Origin: Eledone cirrhosa
Lineage: Eukaryota
Assembly: GCA_964016885.1 (NCBI GenBank)
Contig: CAXHJY010001492.1
Location: forward strand, 62,001 to 126,000
Direction: 5' to 3'
Length of the DNA: 64,000 nt
Shown here: positions 47,201 to 60,150 of the stretch, piece after piece
Layout of the letters: each line of letters opens with the position of its first letter
How positions within the stretch are numbered: position 1 is the first letter of the stretch
Notes under the pieces: generated by a model
What the model was told of the DNA's origin: nothing
The model's database searches: none
What the model saw: the letters and a program-made list of their open reading frames with translations, nothing else
Position numbers and translations under genes: made by a program

Positions 47201-48813
47201 TAACACAATTTTACAGTATTATGGAAACCCACTGACATTGTAGAAAAGTTATTGAGCAGTGTCTAATAAAAGCAAAACAACCTATTAGAGAGAACAAACA
47301 AACAAAAAAAGGAAATGAAAACAAAAAGAAAAGGATCAAGGAATAGAAGAAAGGAAGTGAGGGAACGAACACTACACCCGAGTCTGAGCGGGGCCTCAGC
47401 CACAACCCAAGGAATGATTGACTGAGGGCTCAATGATGAAAAAGAAAGACATAAATGCTTAGCAACCAGATCTTCTCCAAATTCTGCACTAAAGTCTTAA
47501 ATACGAAGGGAAAATGACGCACTGGATAAGATAGTCTTAAAACTCACACTTTGAAGAATTAATAGCTACAGGAGGATGATGATGGTGATGCCTGGAAAAC
47601 TTTGATCCTATGTCTACTTTATCAAGGGGTTACCTAAGTTTAAGTAACATCAATATCAACAATGAACTAAATAGTGATGGCGAGATGCGAACCCTAGTGA
47701 ATACAACAAACGGACAATGATTCGTCACATTTATTGATTTGACCAGGACACGAGTGACAGCAACTTCTAATTTAACACAAACGAAGAATTTCTATAAGTA
47801 ATGACAAACTCTACATCTTACACATCAATTTTCTCGTTGGACCTCTCTCTGCAATTACCATTCCGCAATTACAATTCACAGGAAACCTATTATTAGCTTC
47901 CAACTAAGAGAGGACGTTTGCCTTCAATTAGAGTCGTTGTTTACATGGTAAATATCTTTCGGTTTGGCTTGTTACACCCGTTAATGAGAAATAACCAACT
48001 CTCTAACATACTTTATTGAAAGCACCAGATACCACACTTAATGTCTGATAATGGCATTCACCTTTTTACTTTCTGACGCCTCGAAATTAACAACAAATCT
48101 TATATACAATTAACGTGTTCCCCATCGCTACTTCTAGCCATACCCACCACATTCTTTATCAGTAAAATCTATTCAAAATAACCAGTAGTGCTATATTATA
48201 ATTTCATTGGACAAATAAAATGTGACGCTTTAGATTTACATCGGTTTTTGTCGGAGGGGTTCTCTTCTACGTAGTAATCCAGCCTGTTAAAAGTATCCGT
48301 CAAATATCTGCCAGATAATACTCTTCTTTTTCTTTTTCTTCTTCGACCACTTATTTCAGGGAGGATCATGTTGGCAAAGTCCTCAAGCAACCATCTCCCA
48401 CATATCCGACTAGATCTCCCAAGCTGGACCAGCCGAACTCATGGATGTTATCCAGCCATTTTGATTTGGGTGGAATGGAAATCAAAATCGACCTCAAGAG
48501 GATTTGAACTCAGTCAATGCATTATATTAATACAAGTAGTATTAATAAAAAATACTAATAGTTATAACTGGCTTCTAGTTATAACTGGCTTCTAATTTAG
48601 GCATTAGTCCAGCAATGTTAAGGGAAGGAGGCGAGTAGATTATACTTCGCCAGTACTTGGCTGGTACTTTATTTTATAGTAGAACTATTTTTGTTACCAA
48701 ACTGACACGTATTAACCCAACCTTTCGGTGATTTTGTCTAAGTCGTTTCTAAGAATTCGGGTCATGTTTCTGGTTAAATGATAACTCCTCCCTTTCTTTG
48801 TGAGTCTCAGATG

Positions 48814-48943
48814 TCCTGAAAATTGTGATGGACACAACACTTACTCCTGAAAATTGTGATGGACACAACACTTACTCCTGAAAATTGTGATGGACACAAC
48901 ACTTACTCCTGAAAATTGTGATGGACACAACACTTACTCCTGA
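48814..48943. repeat. 31-bp tandem repeat x4 (tcctgaaaattgtgatggacacaacacttac)
   Basis: Four identical units plus a partial unit. Confidence 0.95.
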
Positions 48944-49004
48944 CTAAGCTACGAAAACAAAAACATTGGTGAAAGACATAAGAAATGATTAGATTAAAAT
49001 AATT

Positions 49005-49070
49005 CCTTTGTGGCGGGAATCGAACCCAATATTCCTCGCTTACTGAACCAAGGTGTTATCTATTAGATTA
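49005..49070 (-). mobile_element. tRNA-like SINE head fragment
   Basis: Minus strand 'tgtaatctaatagataacacc...gggttcgattcccgcc' with A- and B-box-like motifs but poor cloverleaf pairing. Confidence 0.45.
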
Positions 49071-49789
49071 CATAATAACAGCGTATAACCCATCTATCTT
49101 CCCCCCTCTCACACACACATCCTGTCTCTCTCTCTCTCTCTCTGACACACAAAGCCTGTCTCACTCTCTCACACACACCCTGTTTCTCTCCCCCTCTCTC
49201 ACACACACTCTTTCTTTCCCCACCCTTCTCTTGTCCTTTCAAATTAGGTATATAAATCTATTATTTCCAGTAATTTCATTTTTTTCACCCGCCGCCTTAT
49301 TTACCGCCGCAACATAATTAGTTAGTAAGCGTATTGTTCTTCAATTCATTGATTTCTGTTTCCAATTTAACAATCCAAACTTACGCAACAGAATAGAGAT
49401 TGTGAACTTAGTGAACAGAAAATAAAATAAAATGGTTGCTTTAACAAACATCCAATAGAAATAGTTGCAGGCAAGCAGCAGAGTAATAATTAACCCTAAG
49501 CCAGCGAAATACTTCATGAGAGCTTGCAAATACATTCCACACAGGCATTCGTCAATTATAAAGATAGGTTTAATTAACACATGTCAATTGGAAACTGGCT
49601 TCTATTTCTACTGAATATATTTAGAATAGAATGCTGAGTGACAATAGATTAAACTCTGTGTGTGTTGTGTGTGTGTGTGTGTGTAGGACTGATGTATCTT
49701 TACAGGTGATTTCTTACGAATTAAACAGTTCTAGTCTGTATTACTCTACTACATGTTTCAGTCTGTCGGCTGATGTCATAGAAATATGT

Positions 49790-49864
49790 ATAAAATAAAT
49801 TAGACTTTATATTATAATAAACAGAATGTGATGAAATTATAATATAAAGTCTAATTTATTTTAT
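49790..49864. repeat. Inverted repeat, ~28-bp arms
   Basis: ataaaataaattagactttatattataat ... attataatataaagtctaatttattttat. Confidence 0.8.
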
Positions 49865-49942
49865 TATATACATATATATATATTTATATATATAATTATT
49901 AAGGTCAGTTACTACAACGGAGATATACCAGGAACAATATTA

Positions 49943-50002
<60 letters not shown>

Positions 50003-50354
50003 ATGAAGATAGTTTTATATAAACACAGTTCACACGCGGTCGATATACAAGTGTTTCACGTCTCACCAAAATATATCTACTTTGCTGTATTTTCGTTTCA
50101 GCTAGTAAACCATATAAAATAGTTACATGGCTAGGTTTTAACACTTTCGTGTTTACCCACCAACACAACCCTCTGCTTCTTTGTATTAAATCCTCCGACA
50201 TCTAAACCATTTGTAAAACTCTAAATATGTTGCGATGGATGTCCCTCCTCTTTGAAACATTTATAAGAGACAAAACACTGAAATGTTTATCAGAAATTTA
50301 TAAGATCGAACATTATAAAATAGTAGAAAACATTTAACGAAACATCTTTCAATG

Positions 50355-50545
50355 TAATAATTGTTTCTACTTTAGGCACAAGGTCAGCAATTACCCAGTG
50401 CATTACTGGTACTTTATTTTATCGACCCCGTAGGGATGAAAGGCAAAGTCAACCTCGGCGGGATTTGAACTCAGATCGTGAAGGGACGTAACTATGCTGG
50501 AAAGCATGTCGTCCGACCCTCTACCGATACTGCCAACCCACCGCC
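50355..50545 (-). mobile_element. SINE family 1, near full length (short-tail subtype)
   Basis: High similarity to the reverse complement of 7455-7645. Confidence 0.88.
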
Positions 50546-50961
50546 ATCTTTCAATGTAATAATATGGGTCCGCAGGCGCTGAAAAAATAAGGTCATACAA
50601 TAGGCTAGAAATAGCAGCCAACATAATAGAATTAAAAATGAAAATGTCACCTACCCGCATTCTGTCGTCTTTTTTTTTTGATTATATCTATAAAAAAAAG
50701 AGAAAACAATTATTATTGACGTAACAACGATTATATATATATATATATATATATACAGGCATGGCGGTTAGTGTGAGAGTTCCAGGTTCAAACGGAGGTA
50801 GCCACAATAACATCTGTCCAGCCTTAAAACCACCACCTTCCCCAATTTCCAGTAAACATATAAATACCACCGCATTACAATGAAAGTCGGCTTTCCTGGT
50901 GATTTCCTTCGAATGAAACAGTTCTCGTCATGTAGAAGTCATTTCTCCATTAAATTTATTA

Positions 50962-50993
<32 letters not shown>

Positions 50994-50995
<2 letters not shown>

Positions 50996-51103
50996 ACAAA
51001 GGAATTGTGGTAAGGAATCAGATAGACCATAACGCACCAGAGTACTCTACTGGTAGTAGAGTGGGAAATAGGAAAAAGTATGACCCCGGGGGTCATACTT
51101 TTT

Positions 51104-51108
<5 letters not shown>
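50994..51108 (+). mobile_element. Family A element ending in a 20-bp perfect hairpin (51068-51108), flanked by (TA)n
   Basis: ataggaaaaagtatgacccc-g-ggggtcatactttttcctat. Confidence 0.82.
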
Positions 51109-51146
<38 letters not shown>

Positions 51147-51378
51147 TGATAAGATTTGCTCCGGACATAACACCCGTGTCTGAAAGAACCCGCAGAAGTA
51201 GAATCAGCCAGATCCATACAAGGACCATGACTCGAGCTACATGCCGGCGAAACATTTGTAACACAGATGCATCACTGATTTTTCGTTTTCTTTATAATAT
51301 CTACACTCTACTCTGATGAATATCGAGTGCTAATTTTGGCATACCGCCTATGGAAGCACCATAGCTACCACTATACAC

Positions 51379-51424
<46 letters not shown>

Positions 51425-51719
51425 GTATGCAGGCAGAGTCAAGTGTTTTTGTTTAGTACCATACTATGTAATATATATGAAGGTAACATATGCACCTGGG
51501 GCATTAAGCAGCTGTTTCAGGTCTTGCTGCCAAAACCTGCTTCCATTTAATGCTATTTACATGAATGAACATTTCATTGTATCAAAGAGTGATGTCATTG
51601 AAAGGTCAACGTTACATGAATATGTGCTAGAAACCGTGTCTTCTGTTGGTGCTACTACTACTACTACGGTACTATGAAACGTAAGGTTTGTTCAGGTCTT
51701 TCGTTGGTCCTACTACTAC

Positions 51720-51830
51720 TAATAATGGTTTGTGATTTAGGCACAAGGCCAACAATTTTGAGGGAGGGGAAGTTGATTAAATCGACCCCAGTGTATTACT
51801 GGTTCTTTGTTATCGACCCCGTAAGGGTGA
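51720..51830 (-). mobile_element. SINE family 1 3' part
   Basis: 'ggcacaaggccaacaattttgagggagggg...atcgaccccgtaagggtga'. Confidence 0.75.
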
Positions 51831-52053
51831 CAGACAGGATATATGCTTATTATGATACGAACCACAGACCCGCCATCTCAATTCTACTTTTGAAAAGCAG
51901 AAGAACTGCGAAACCGGTAAAGTAACCAAATAAATATATATATTTTTTCTAAAATAAGACTCCAGTTGCATTTTTGATTTCATATTTTTTTTCTTTATAC
52001 TTTCACTCGTGTAGGACACCTCGGTTATTTTTCATTTTGTAAAAAAACCTCAC

Positions 52054-52091
<38 letters not shown>

Positions 52092-52104
52092 TATGATATT
52101 AACA

Positions 52105-52135
<31 letters not shown>

Positions 52136-52169
52136 CTATGATACTAACATAGTATATATATATCTACTA

Positions 52170-52277
52170 TAATTGTTTCTACTATTGGCACAAGGCCAGA
52201 AAATTACCCAGTACATTACTGGTACTTTATTTTATCGACCCCGTAAGGATGAAAGGCAAAGTTAACCTCGGCGGGAT
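52170..52277 (-). mobile_element. SINE family 1 3' part
   Basis: Near-identical to the 7540-7645 reverse complement. 'tatatctactataat' on both sides may be a target-site duplication. Confidence 0.85.
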
Positions 52278-52504
52278 ATATCTACTATAATACTCACAGT
52301 ATATATACATGCATATACATATATATATACAGTATATAGTGAGTTGTTCCGGGTTGAATCGGAGGTAACCACAGTAAGTAAGGTACTCAATACATAGCAG
52401 AGTATAAAAGTTTTAATATAGATGAGATTCTACAGGACTAGAACGGTTTCTTTCTTGAAAAATCATATATATATATATATATATATAGTATATATATATA
52501 TATA

Positions 52505-52628
52505 TATATTTATTAAAATAACAGATTAAAATTTAAGCAAAGAATCGCTGCTTTCACACAGAAGATCCCGTTAAGGGTGAAATCAGCGATTCTTTGCTTA
52601 AACTTTAATCTGTTATTTTAATAAATAT
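52505..52628. mobile_element. Inverted repeat (~50-bp arms) enclosing a hammerhead-like core
   Basis: Arms attaaaataacagattaaaatttaagcaaagaatcgctg / cagcgattctttgcttaaactttaatctgttattttaat; centre CAGAAGA-T-CCC-gttaa-GGG-T-GAAA-TC-agc-GA-TT. Confidence 0.7.
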
Positions 52629-52692
52629 TTGCTCTACGGTTCTTATATATTTGATATTTGATATATATTTATCTTTATCGAGCCCTCTTTGG

Positions 52693-52736
<44 letters not shown>

Positions 52737-53958
52737 TATATACTATGGTACTCTACCTATTCTATTTATTCAATGGCTAACATTTTTATGATTTCATTTA
52801 TCATTCTATTTAAATTTCTGTTTATTTTGTTTGTGTGTTGTTTTATTGTTTGTTTGTATTTGTTTACAGGAATTGAGACAAGAGTTTTAATGCTGACTGC
52901 GATCTTTGTTTTTATATCATTTCCATTTGTAAGTGTATGTACTTGTTAATGGACGGGAATATAGGTGCAAATGTGTTTGTGTGGCTGTTTGTGTGGCTAT
53001 TTGTATGTCTGTGTGTGTGGCTGTATTGATATATGTGATTATACGTGTGTGCATGTGTATGTAAGTGTATGGTGAATTTGTCAACTCGTTTCTATATACT
53101 TAAGTGTGTGTATGTCTGTGAGTGTATGCTTGTACGTGAGTATATGTGTGAGTGTGTTATTTCTGTGTGTGAGTGCTAGTTTGTAGGTGTTTGTGCGTAT
53201 GTTTGGGTCTATTAAAGATGACTGTCAGCGAGTTTGTATGTGTCTGTGTGTATATATACATACATGTGTGTCTGTGTGTATATACATACGTGTGTGTGTG
53301 AGTGTGTGATGCTATTTCTGTTTGTTTTCCAACCCGTATGCTTCTCTGTGTGGATGAGATGAGTTTGTGAGCGGATCTGTGTGTGCGCGTGTGTGCGTGC
53401 GTGTCTTTAGATGATTGTGTGTGTGTATCTAGATGATTGTGTGTGTGTATGTATATGTTTAAATTTGTAGGTATCAATTTGTATATGTTTATCTGCTCCT
53501 GTGGATGGGTGAGATTTTCTGTGTGTATGTGTGTATGGGAGAATTGTGTGCGTGTGTGGAGAGAGAGAGGTCTGTGTGTGGAAGCTTGTGTATGCGTGTG
53601 TGTGTGTGTGAGTGTGTATGTGTTTGTATGCGTTTCGGTGTATGAGATTGCATGCGATTGTGTAAGTGGTTATATGTTTAAGAGTATATTTGTTTGTATG
53701 TGTCATATTCAACAACTGTGTGTATGTGTGTGACAGAACACCTATGTGTGTCTACCTGCGTGAATGCATGTCTGTATGTGTATACCAATGTGTGAATCAG
53801 TGTTTCTTTGTGTGACTACTACCTGTATTCCCTCCCTCCGATATATGTGCATATGTGTATGTATATATATATATATATAAGTGTGTATGTGTGTGTATGC
53901 GTGGTTTGTATATGTTTATCAGTGTCACCGTGTGTATATATGTATTCATCTGCGAGTG

Positions 53959-54024
<66 letters not shown>

Positions 54025-54739
54025 TTATCCCTGTGCGGTGCATATTTGTTGAAGAATCTATGTATGTACGTGTATATGTATAAACGTGTGTGAGTGAGAT
54101 TTTCAGTTTTTCTAGTCAGTCATCGATTTGATACGACCGAACCGCCTTTGATCTTTCGAAATTGAACTTTCACTGTGTAAACCGATAATGAATTGCGTGG
54201 TTTATGATTGTAGTAAAAAAAACCTCAGAATATTTGATTTAGTGCAAGTTAATAAACTGGAACTGCCGAGGATGGCAAAACAAACAACAAACAAACAATA
54301 TATATCAAAAATATAAAACGTAAAAAAATATTGAATTTCTAGCCACAAGTGTCGTACATATTTGGACGAGTGGTAAAGAGGTGTGATGTTTTGGCGTTCA
54401 TGCCTCGTTCCCTAGCGCCTATTTATGATGATTATTTCGTTTTCGTTGTTATTGGAGATGTTTCCTCGTTGTGGGAGTATTTTTTTAAATGATATCTGAA
54501 CCTCTGAAGTAATTCTCTACATTGTTTGATGTATTATTATTTGTTTAAGGTACAAGTCGCGAGTTCGAATCCCACATAGTGATTATTGTTGAAAGACATT
54601 ATATAGAGAGACGATGGGTGTTGTGTCTGTTTGTAGAACACAGGGGATGAAGCCACAATCTTTCTTGGTTCTCCCTAACATCTCTAAATGAGTGGAAGCC
54701 AACATTTGAACTTAGAAAACAAAGAGACGGAACAGTTAT

Positions 54740-55245
54740 TACTAAATTACTTGTCCGACGTTCTAACAAATCTGACAATCCACCGAAGTAGACTGCTGTT
54801 ATATTTATACCCCACCCCACAGAAAAATAAATGTAATGTTGGCTTTGGCAAGATTTGAACTCAGAGCACATAATGATCTTTGATTTAAGCACAAGGCCAA
54901 CAATTTGGTGAGAAGAGAAAGTGGGTAATATCGACCGCAATGTTTGACTGGCAATTTATTTTATCGTCCTCGGAAAGATGAACGGCAAAGATGACCCACG
55001 TGGGATATGAATTTAGACTGTAAACAGCAAGAAGGCAAGATAATAATAATTGCTTCTGCTTTTGGAAAGAAGACAGCAATTTGAAAGGGGAGAGGAAAGT
55101 CGATTAAATCACCCCCAGTGCATTACTGGTACTTTACTTTACCAAACACGGTAAGGGCGAAAGGCGAAGCTAACCTCGGCAGGATATACTAGGGTCGTAA
55201 CTATATGTCCAAAGTAAGGTATGTTGTCCGACGCTCTACCAATTA
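54740..55245 (-). mobile_element. Cluster of diverged SINE family 1 copies
   Basis: Repeated 'gatttgaactcag', 'gcacaaggccaacaattt' and 'cagtgcattactggtacttta' motifs. Confidence 0.65.
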
Positions 55246-55447
55246 CTATTATATTAATCCCCCATGATGATAACAACGACAAAAACATCCCAACAATAAT
55301 ACAAAGTATTGTCAAGTTCTCGCCATTCTCTTTAGAAAACGTGTTTTCTTCAAGAAAATACTTCAGAAAACATTTACTTTCTGCAATAAAGGGAATTCAT
55401 TTCAAACGAATATTTGCTAAATCCTCAACAAGAGTGAGTGAGTGTGA

Positions 55448-55509
<62 letters not shown>

Positions 55510-55965
55510 TTGCGAGAGTAAATATGTACATATATATATATATATATATTGGATAGGAATTTTTTTTAAATAATTGCACCATTTTCCATATGCTTAATTG
55601 GTAGGGAGCTCGTCTCAAATTTGAAATTATCTTTCTTTTCTTTTTCCCCTCTTCCCATTGAATATAAGCATCAGTTATGTCACGGACTGAGTACTGGTGT
55701 GAAATACCCCCAAAATAAAAAAACAAAAACACGGAAATTATGTGTTCATGCACACACCCACGTGTTATCTATCTATCGATATGTGCGTGTGTGTGAGTGT
55801 TTCCATGTGTGCGCGAGTGTGTGTTTGTTTGGGTGAACATATATATATATAAATTATTACAATGGCAAATACAAGATATTAGCAAAGAAATCTAATTAAG
55901 AGAAGCATCTCTTATACATCAACCAGAAATACTGTCTGAGAATATCAGAGCACAATATCAGTTTA

Positions 55966-56080
55966 CTGCCATCGGCGTAGGTTCAATTCCTTCACTGGGC
56001 TGAGTGTTATGTTCTTGCACAAAACACATCATTTCACCTTGCTCCAATATACTCAGCTGAAAATGAGAACCAGCAGTAGC
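55966..56080 (+). mobile_element. SINE family 2 copy
   Basis: 'ggttcaattcc...gttcttgcacaaaacacatcatttcaccttgctcca...aaaatgagaaccagc'. Confidence 0.6.
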
Positions 56081-56532
56081 TGTGGTTTATTTAGTTAATC
56101 AAATAACTGAATGCCCATTGCCATCTTCATTGTTTCAATTACCATTCCCTACAGCTGTGTATACCTGACCAGCTCATTATTTCACAGCGAAGTCTATACA
56201 CTTTATATAAAAGTACTTTCATGGTACAGGTACAAGCTGTCATATGAAATATAGATGATAATCTATAGACAGGTGTCCCATCCTCAAGATATCACATTTT
56301 ATGGAGGCAAATGTATAATAATTCCAAAATCCAGAAAACTTTCAGTTAGAGACAAATTTAATGAAGATTTATCACCACCACCATATGTATCACGTACATT
56401 TTGTGTGTGTGCGTGTGTTAAGTACTGTTTGTATATTTGGATAAGGAAAACCAGAATTTTGTAATTGACTCGATACGATAAAAGCAGAGTCAAAAGTAAT
56501 ATTTCTATGAAAGCTGACAGATTGCAAATTTG

Positions 56533-56598
<66 letters not shown>

Positions 56599-57018
56599 TA
56601 TACAGGTGCAGGCGTGTGTATGTCTGGGTTTGTAATCGTGTTCATATACGTGTATGTGAGTGTATAATGAACACGATGCCAAATTTATATATATACCATC
56701 AAAGAAAACAAAAGCCCCTTTAATATATCCTGAACTCTATACTCCGACTATTTTGTCGTTCTATACACAGCAGACCACTTACAAGACAATATGATGAATA
56801 AATAATGCCAGACAGATTTATAAAATATCGAAATACTTTAATATAAAATGACAAATACACAATTTTGATGGCAGCGCCCAGCAGATATGAATACTAATAC
56901 TTTAAAAATATTATAATGTGAAATATTTACTTCCGTTTCTTTGTTCACTCAATCTGTTTACTTCACCTTGGCGCACAACACCTTTGTATATTTATATATA
57001 TACACATATATAATATAT

Positions 57019-57053
<35 letters not shown>

Positions 57054-57240
57054 CATACATACTTACACACACACATATATATACATACATACACACACAT
57101 ATACATACATACACACACATATACATACATACATACACACACATATATATACATACACACACATTCAGATACATACAGTTTGGCTGCTAGCGCACTATAT
57201 ATATATATATATATATAGGTGTGAGAGAGAGATTGCATAT

Positions 57241-57425
57241 AATTGTTTCTAATTTGGGGAACAAGGCCAGCAAGTACCCAGTACATTACTGGTACTTTAT
57301 TTTATCGACCCCGTAAGGATGAAAGGCAAAGTTAACCTCGGCGGGATTTGAACTCAGATCATAAAGGGATGTAACTCTATGCTTTAAAGCATGGTCTCCG
57401 ACTCTCTACCGATACTACCAATAGC
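57241..57425 (-). mobile_element. SINE family 1, near full length
   Basis: High similarity to 50355-50545. Confidence 0.88.
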
Positions 57426-57529
57426 AACACACAAGAATATATAAAATGTGTATATATATAATAACCACTACACAATAGACTGATATACGGAATGACTTGG
57501 CTGATATTTTCATAACCGAAGACATATCA

Positions 57530-57920
57530 ATAAATGAACGATTTTGTTTGAAATGTTTTATGGGATAAGAAACGCAACACTGGAGCTCCTACACCCCGTG
57601 TCTAGTGATTATGGCATGTATAGCTGTTCTTTTACTAGAAATATTCTCAGTTCTAATCCCGCAAAGGTAAGCTTGGCCTTTCATCATTACGGGGGATCGA
57701 TAAAATAAAGCACAGTAATGCACTTGGGTCAATTTCCCCTCCCACCAAAATTGCTGGCCTCGTGCCTATAGTAGAAACCATTATTATTAAAGTAGAAACA
57801 AGTATTAGGGTGGTGAATTGTCAGAATTGTAAAAGTGTCGGACACTGCTCCACGGCTTAGTGTTACGTCTAATTACGTTCTGAGTTCAAATCCTGCTGAG
57901 GTTAGCTTTGCCTTTCATCA
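57530..57920 (+). mobile_element. Two tandem SINE family 1 copies (~57530-57785, ~57805-57920)
   Basis: 'gcctttcatcattacgggggatcgataaaataaag...gctggcctcgtgcctatagtagaaacc' and 'ttctgagttcaaatcctgctgaggttagctttgcctttcatc'. Confidence 0.75.
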
Positions 57921-58555
57921 AGAACCCGGTGCCATGCATCAGTGTAATTGACATATTTAATAAATAACAGATTAAACTTGTTTTATTTTTTTTTTACACA
58001 CAAAAAGGAACTTTTCTTTTTCGTCAACGCTAAGTAGAGAAATAAAACGTCCGCATATATTAACTTTTATTTCTAACTCATCGAAATTCCAATACAATGA
58101 ATATCAAAGTACATCCTATTACCATGGGGATAGTTTCGGTTTTCAATGCCAAGATTCAAGATATATCTATCTTTATATCATGATAGATTCTCCCGTTTCT
58201 CTTATCGATATATGTTCACTAATACGTTATAGATATGTAAATGTCGTCGGTTAAAATTGATATATCGATTAAGAGACATATCTTTTACTGGTGGTCTTTG
58301 AAGAGCTTCCTGAATGCTCCTGTCATCATAAATTGATATTTCTTACAGTTTGGTTATTTTGTGAGTCTTTGAGACTTCTGGTGGCGTGTATGTGTGTGTG
58401 AGTGTGTTTGTAAGTGTATGTGTGTGTGAGTGTGTTTGTAAGTGTATGTGTGCGTGAGTGCAGTCTCTTTTCAGAGAAAGATATTTCAAGATGTCGGCAA
58501 AACTTTCTTTGTATGAAAGTTTGAAATGTCATGACAAACACACACAAGTGTGTAC

Positions 58556-58603
<48 letters not shown>

Positions 58604-58693
58604 GTGGTAATAATAATATTAATAAATGGAATATTAAAAATGCTTTACCGGGCGGTTAAAAGCTCAATGCTATGGGCTTCACACAGAACTGTT

Positions 58694-58760
58694 ATACAGT
58701 GAAATTCCGTTATAATGAAATTGACGGTGGATAAAAAAAAAAAATTCTTTATAATGAGAT
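58694..58760 (+). mobile_element. Possible pogo/Tigger-type terminal repeat
   Basis: TA-CAGTGAAATTCCGTTATAATGAA resembles CAGT-starting pogo/Tigger TIRs; no partner end found. Confidence 0.35.
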
Positions 58761-58954
58761 CGGTCGAAACAAATCGACCGTTTGTTAGTTATTACCCCGT
58801 GTTTAGAAATTAAACAATAAATGAATGAAAACAAACTTGGAATAGGACTAAATCATGCTAAAATATAAATATATATTTCAAATATCTTCGGACATCGCAG
58901 CCCATGTGTGATAAGAATGTTAGAACAATGGAGACAGAACATTACATATAAAAT

Positions 58955-59092
58955 AATTGTTTCTACCTTTGGCACAAGACCAGCAATTACCCAGTGCATT
59001 ACTGATACTTTATTTTATCGACCCCGCAAGGATGAAAGGCAAAATTAACCTCGGCGGGGGGGGGGGGGGGGGGGGGGATTTGAACTCAGAAT
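58955..59092 (-). mobile_element. SINE family 1 copy with internal G22 run
   Basis: Family consensus 'ctcggcgggatttgaactcaga' with GGG expanded at 59056-59077. Confidence 0.85.
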
Positions 59093-59615
59093 GGCAAAAC
59101 AACAAATATATTGAAATGTTACCGTTGAGATATTGTAGTTAATTAGTCCTGATATTACAGTAAAGATATTGAAATGTTTCTGTAGAAATACTGTAGTTAA
59201 TTAGTCCTGATATTACAGTTTAAGAACTTCACTGAGGCTTCTAAGAACAAGAAAGGGTTTGAGACGTTTGTAAAGGACGAGTCTATTGTGTTTGAACATC
59301 GATATTGGAATAATCAAGTGTGTGCTACTAGAAATACCACGTGTGCGTAAGAAAAGATATCACGTGGAGAATATGAAGCAGCATTTTGGGGTTCGAGGAC
59401 AATTCTGCGAGAAGGAATGTGTCGAATTTTTTTTTTTTTCTCGTTGAAGCGAGGAAATTTGGCTGCTTGGAGTTTAATTTTCGTTCGATGGACTGAAATA
59501 TGGTTCCCATATTTGCTAATTCGTGTTCATAAAGAGTGGCAGAAACGTATTTCATGTGTTTCCGAAACAATGGTAACCATGTAAAGCAGGCATGACAAAC
59601 CAAGGATCCCCCAAA

Positions 59616-59907
59616 ATTTTGAAAGTAGGTTTATAAGTATGAATTTTCATGATATTTTCGTAGTTGTTTCCGTGGCCTAGCGATCAGTACTAGAGACGGT
59701 GGATATCTTGGTCTTGGGTTCAATCTTTTTCAGTTTTTATTTCATAACCCATAGAAAAAAGCTGAAAAGGTTTACCGGGAACCCTACTCCCGACCAGGAT
59801 CGAACTTCGGACCTGAATCACCACCGTCTATGATTCTTCCAACTAGGCCGCCGAGATCTCTACAAAATTATGATGAAAATTGATAATTATAAACCTACTT
59901 TAAAAAT
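59616..59907. mobile_element. MITE-like foldback element with 21-bp TIRs and two inverted tRNA-like segments
   Basis: attttgaaagtaggtttataa ... ttataaacctactttaaaaat. Inside are 'gtggcctagcgatcag...gggttcaatc' (+) and 'ggcggcctagttggaag...gaagttcgatcctgg' (-). Confidence 0.7.
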
Positions 59908-59931
59908 CAAAGTTGAATTAATTCAATTTAA

Positions 59932-59969
<38 letters not shown>

Positions 59970-59998
59970 CACTTTAAATTATATATATATATATATCT

Positions 59999-60150
59999 AT
60001 TTTGAAAGTAGGTTTATAAGTATGAATCTTCACGAGAGTTTCGTAGCATTGTCAGTGGTCTAGCGGTAAGCACTAGCGACTGTGGAGATTGTGGTCTTGC
60101 GTTCAATCCTAGGCAAGAGGTACATGTAATCTTTTTCAGTTTTTATTTTA
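59999..60150 (+). mobile_element. Second left arm of the tRNA-containing foldback element
   Basis: Same terminal repeat, then 'agtggtctagcggtaagcactagcgactgtggagattgtggtcttgcgttcaatcc'. Confidence 0.7.

Noticed and set aside
50000-50200. Minus-strand ILYGL...IYFGET suggesting a GIY-YIG motif
   Set aside because: The motifs lie in different frames with stops; evidence is insufficient.
60045-60120. Functional tRNA-His gene
   Set aside because: Acceptor and anticodon stems pair poorly and it lies inside a repeated fold-back element, so it is treated as tRNA-derived.
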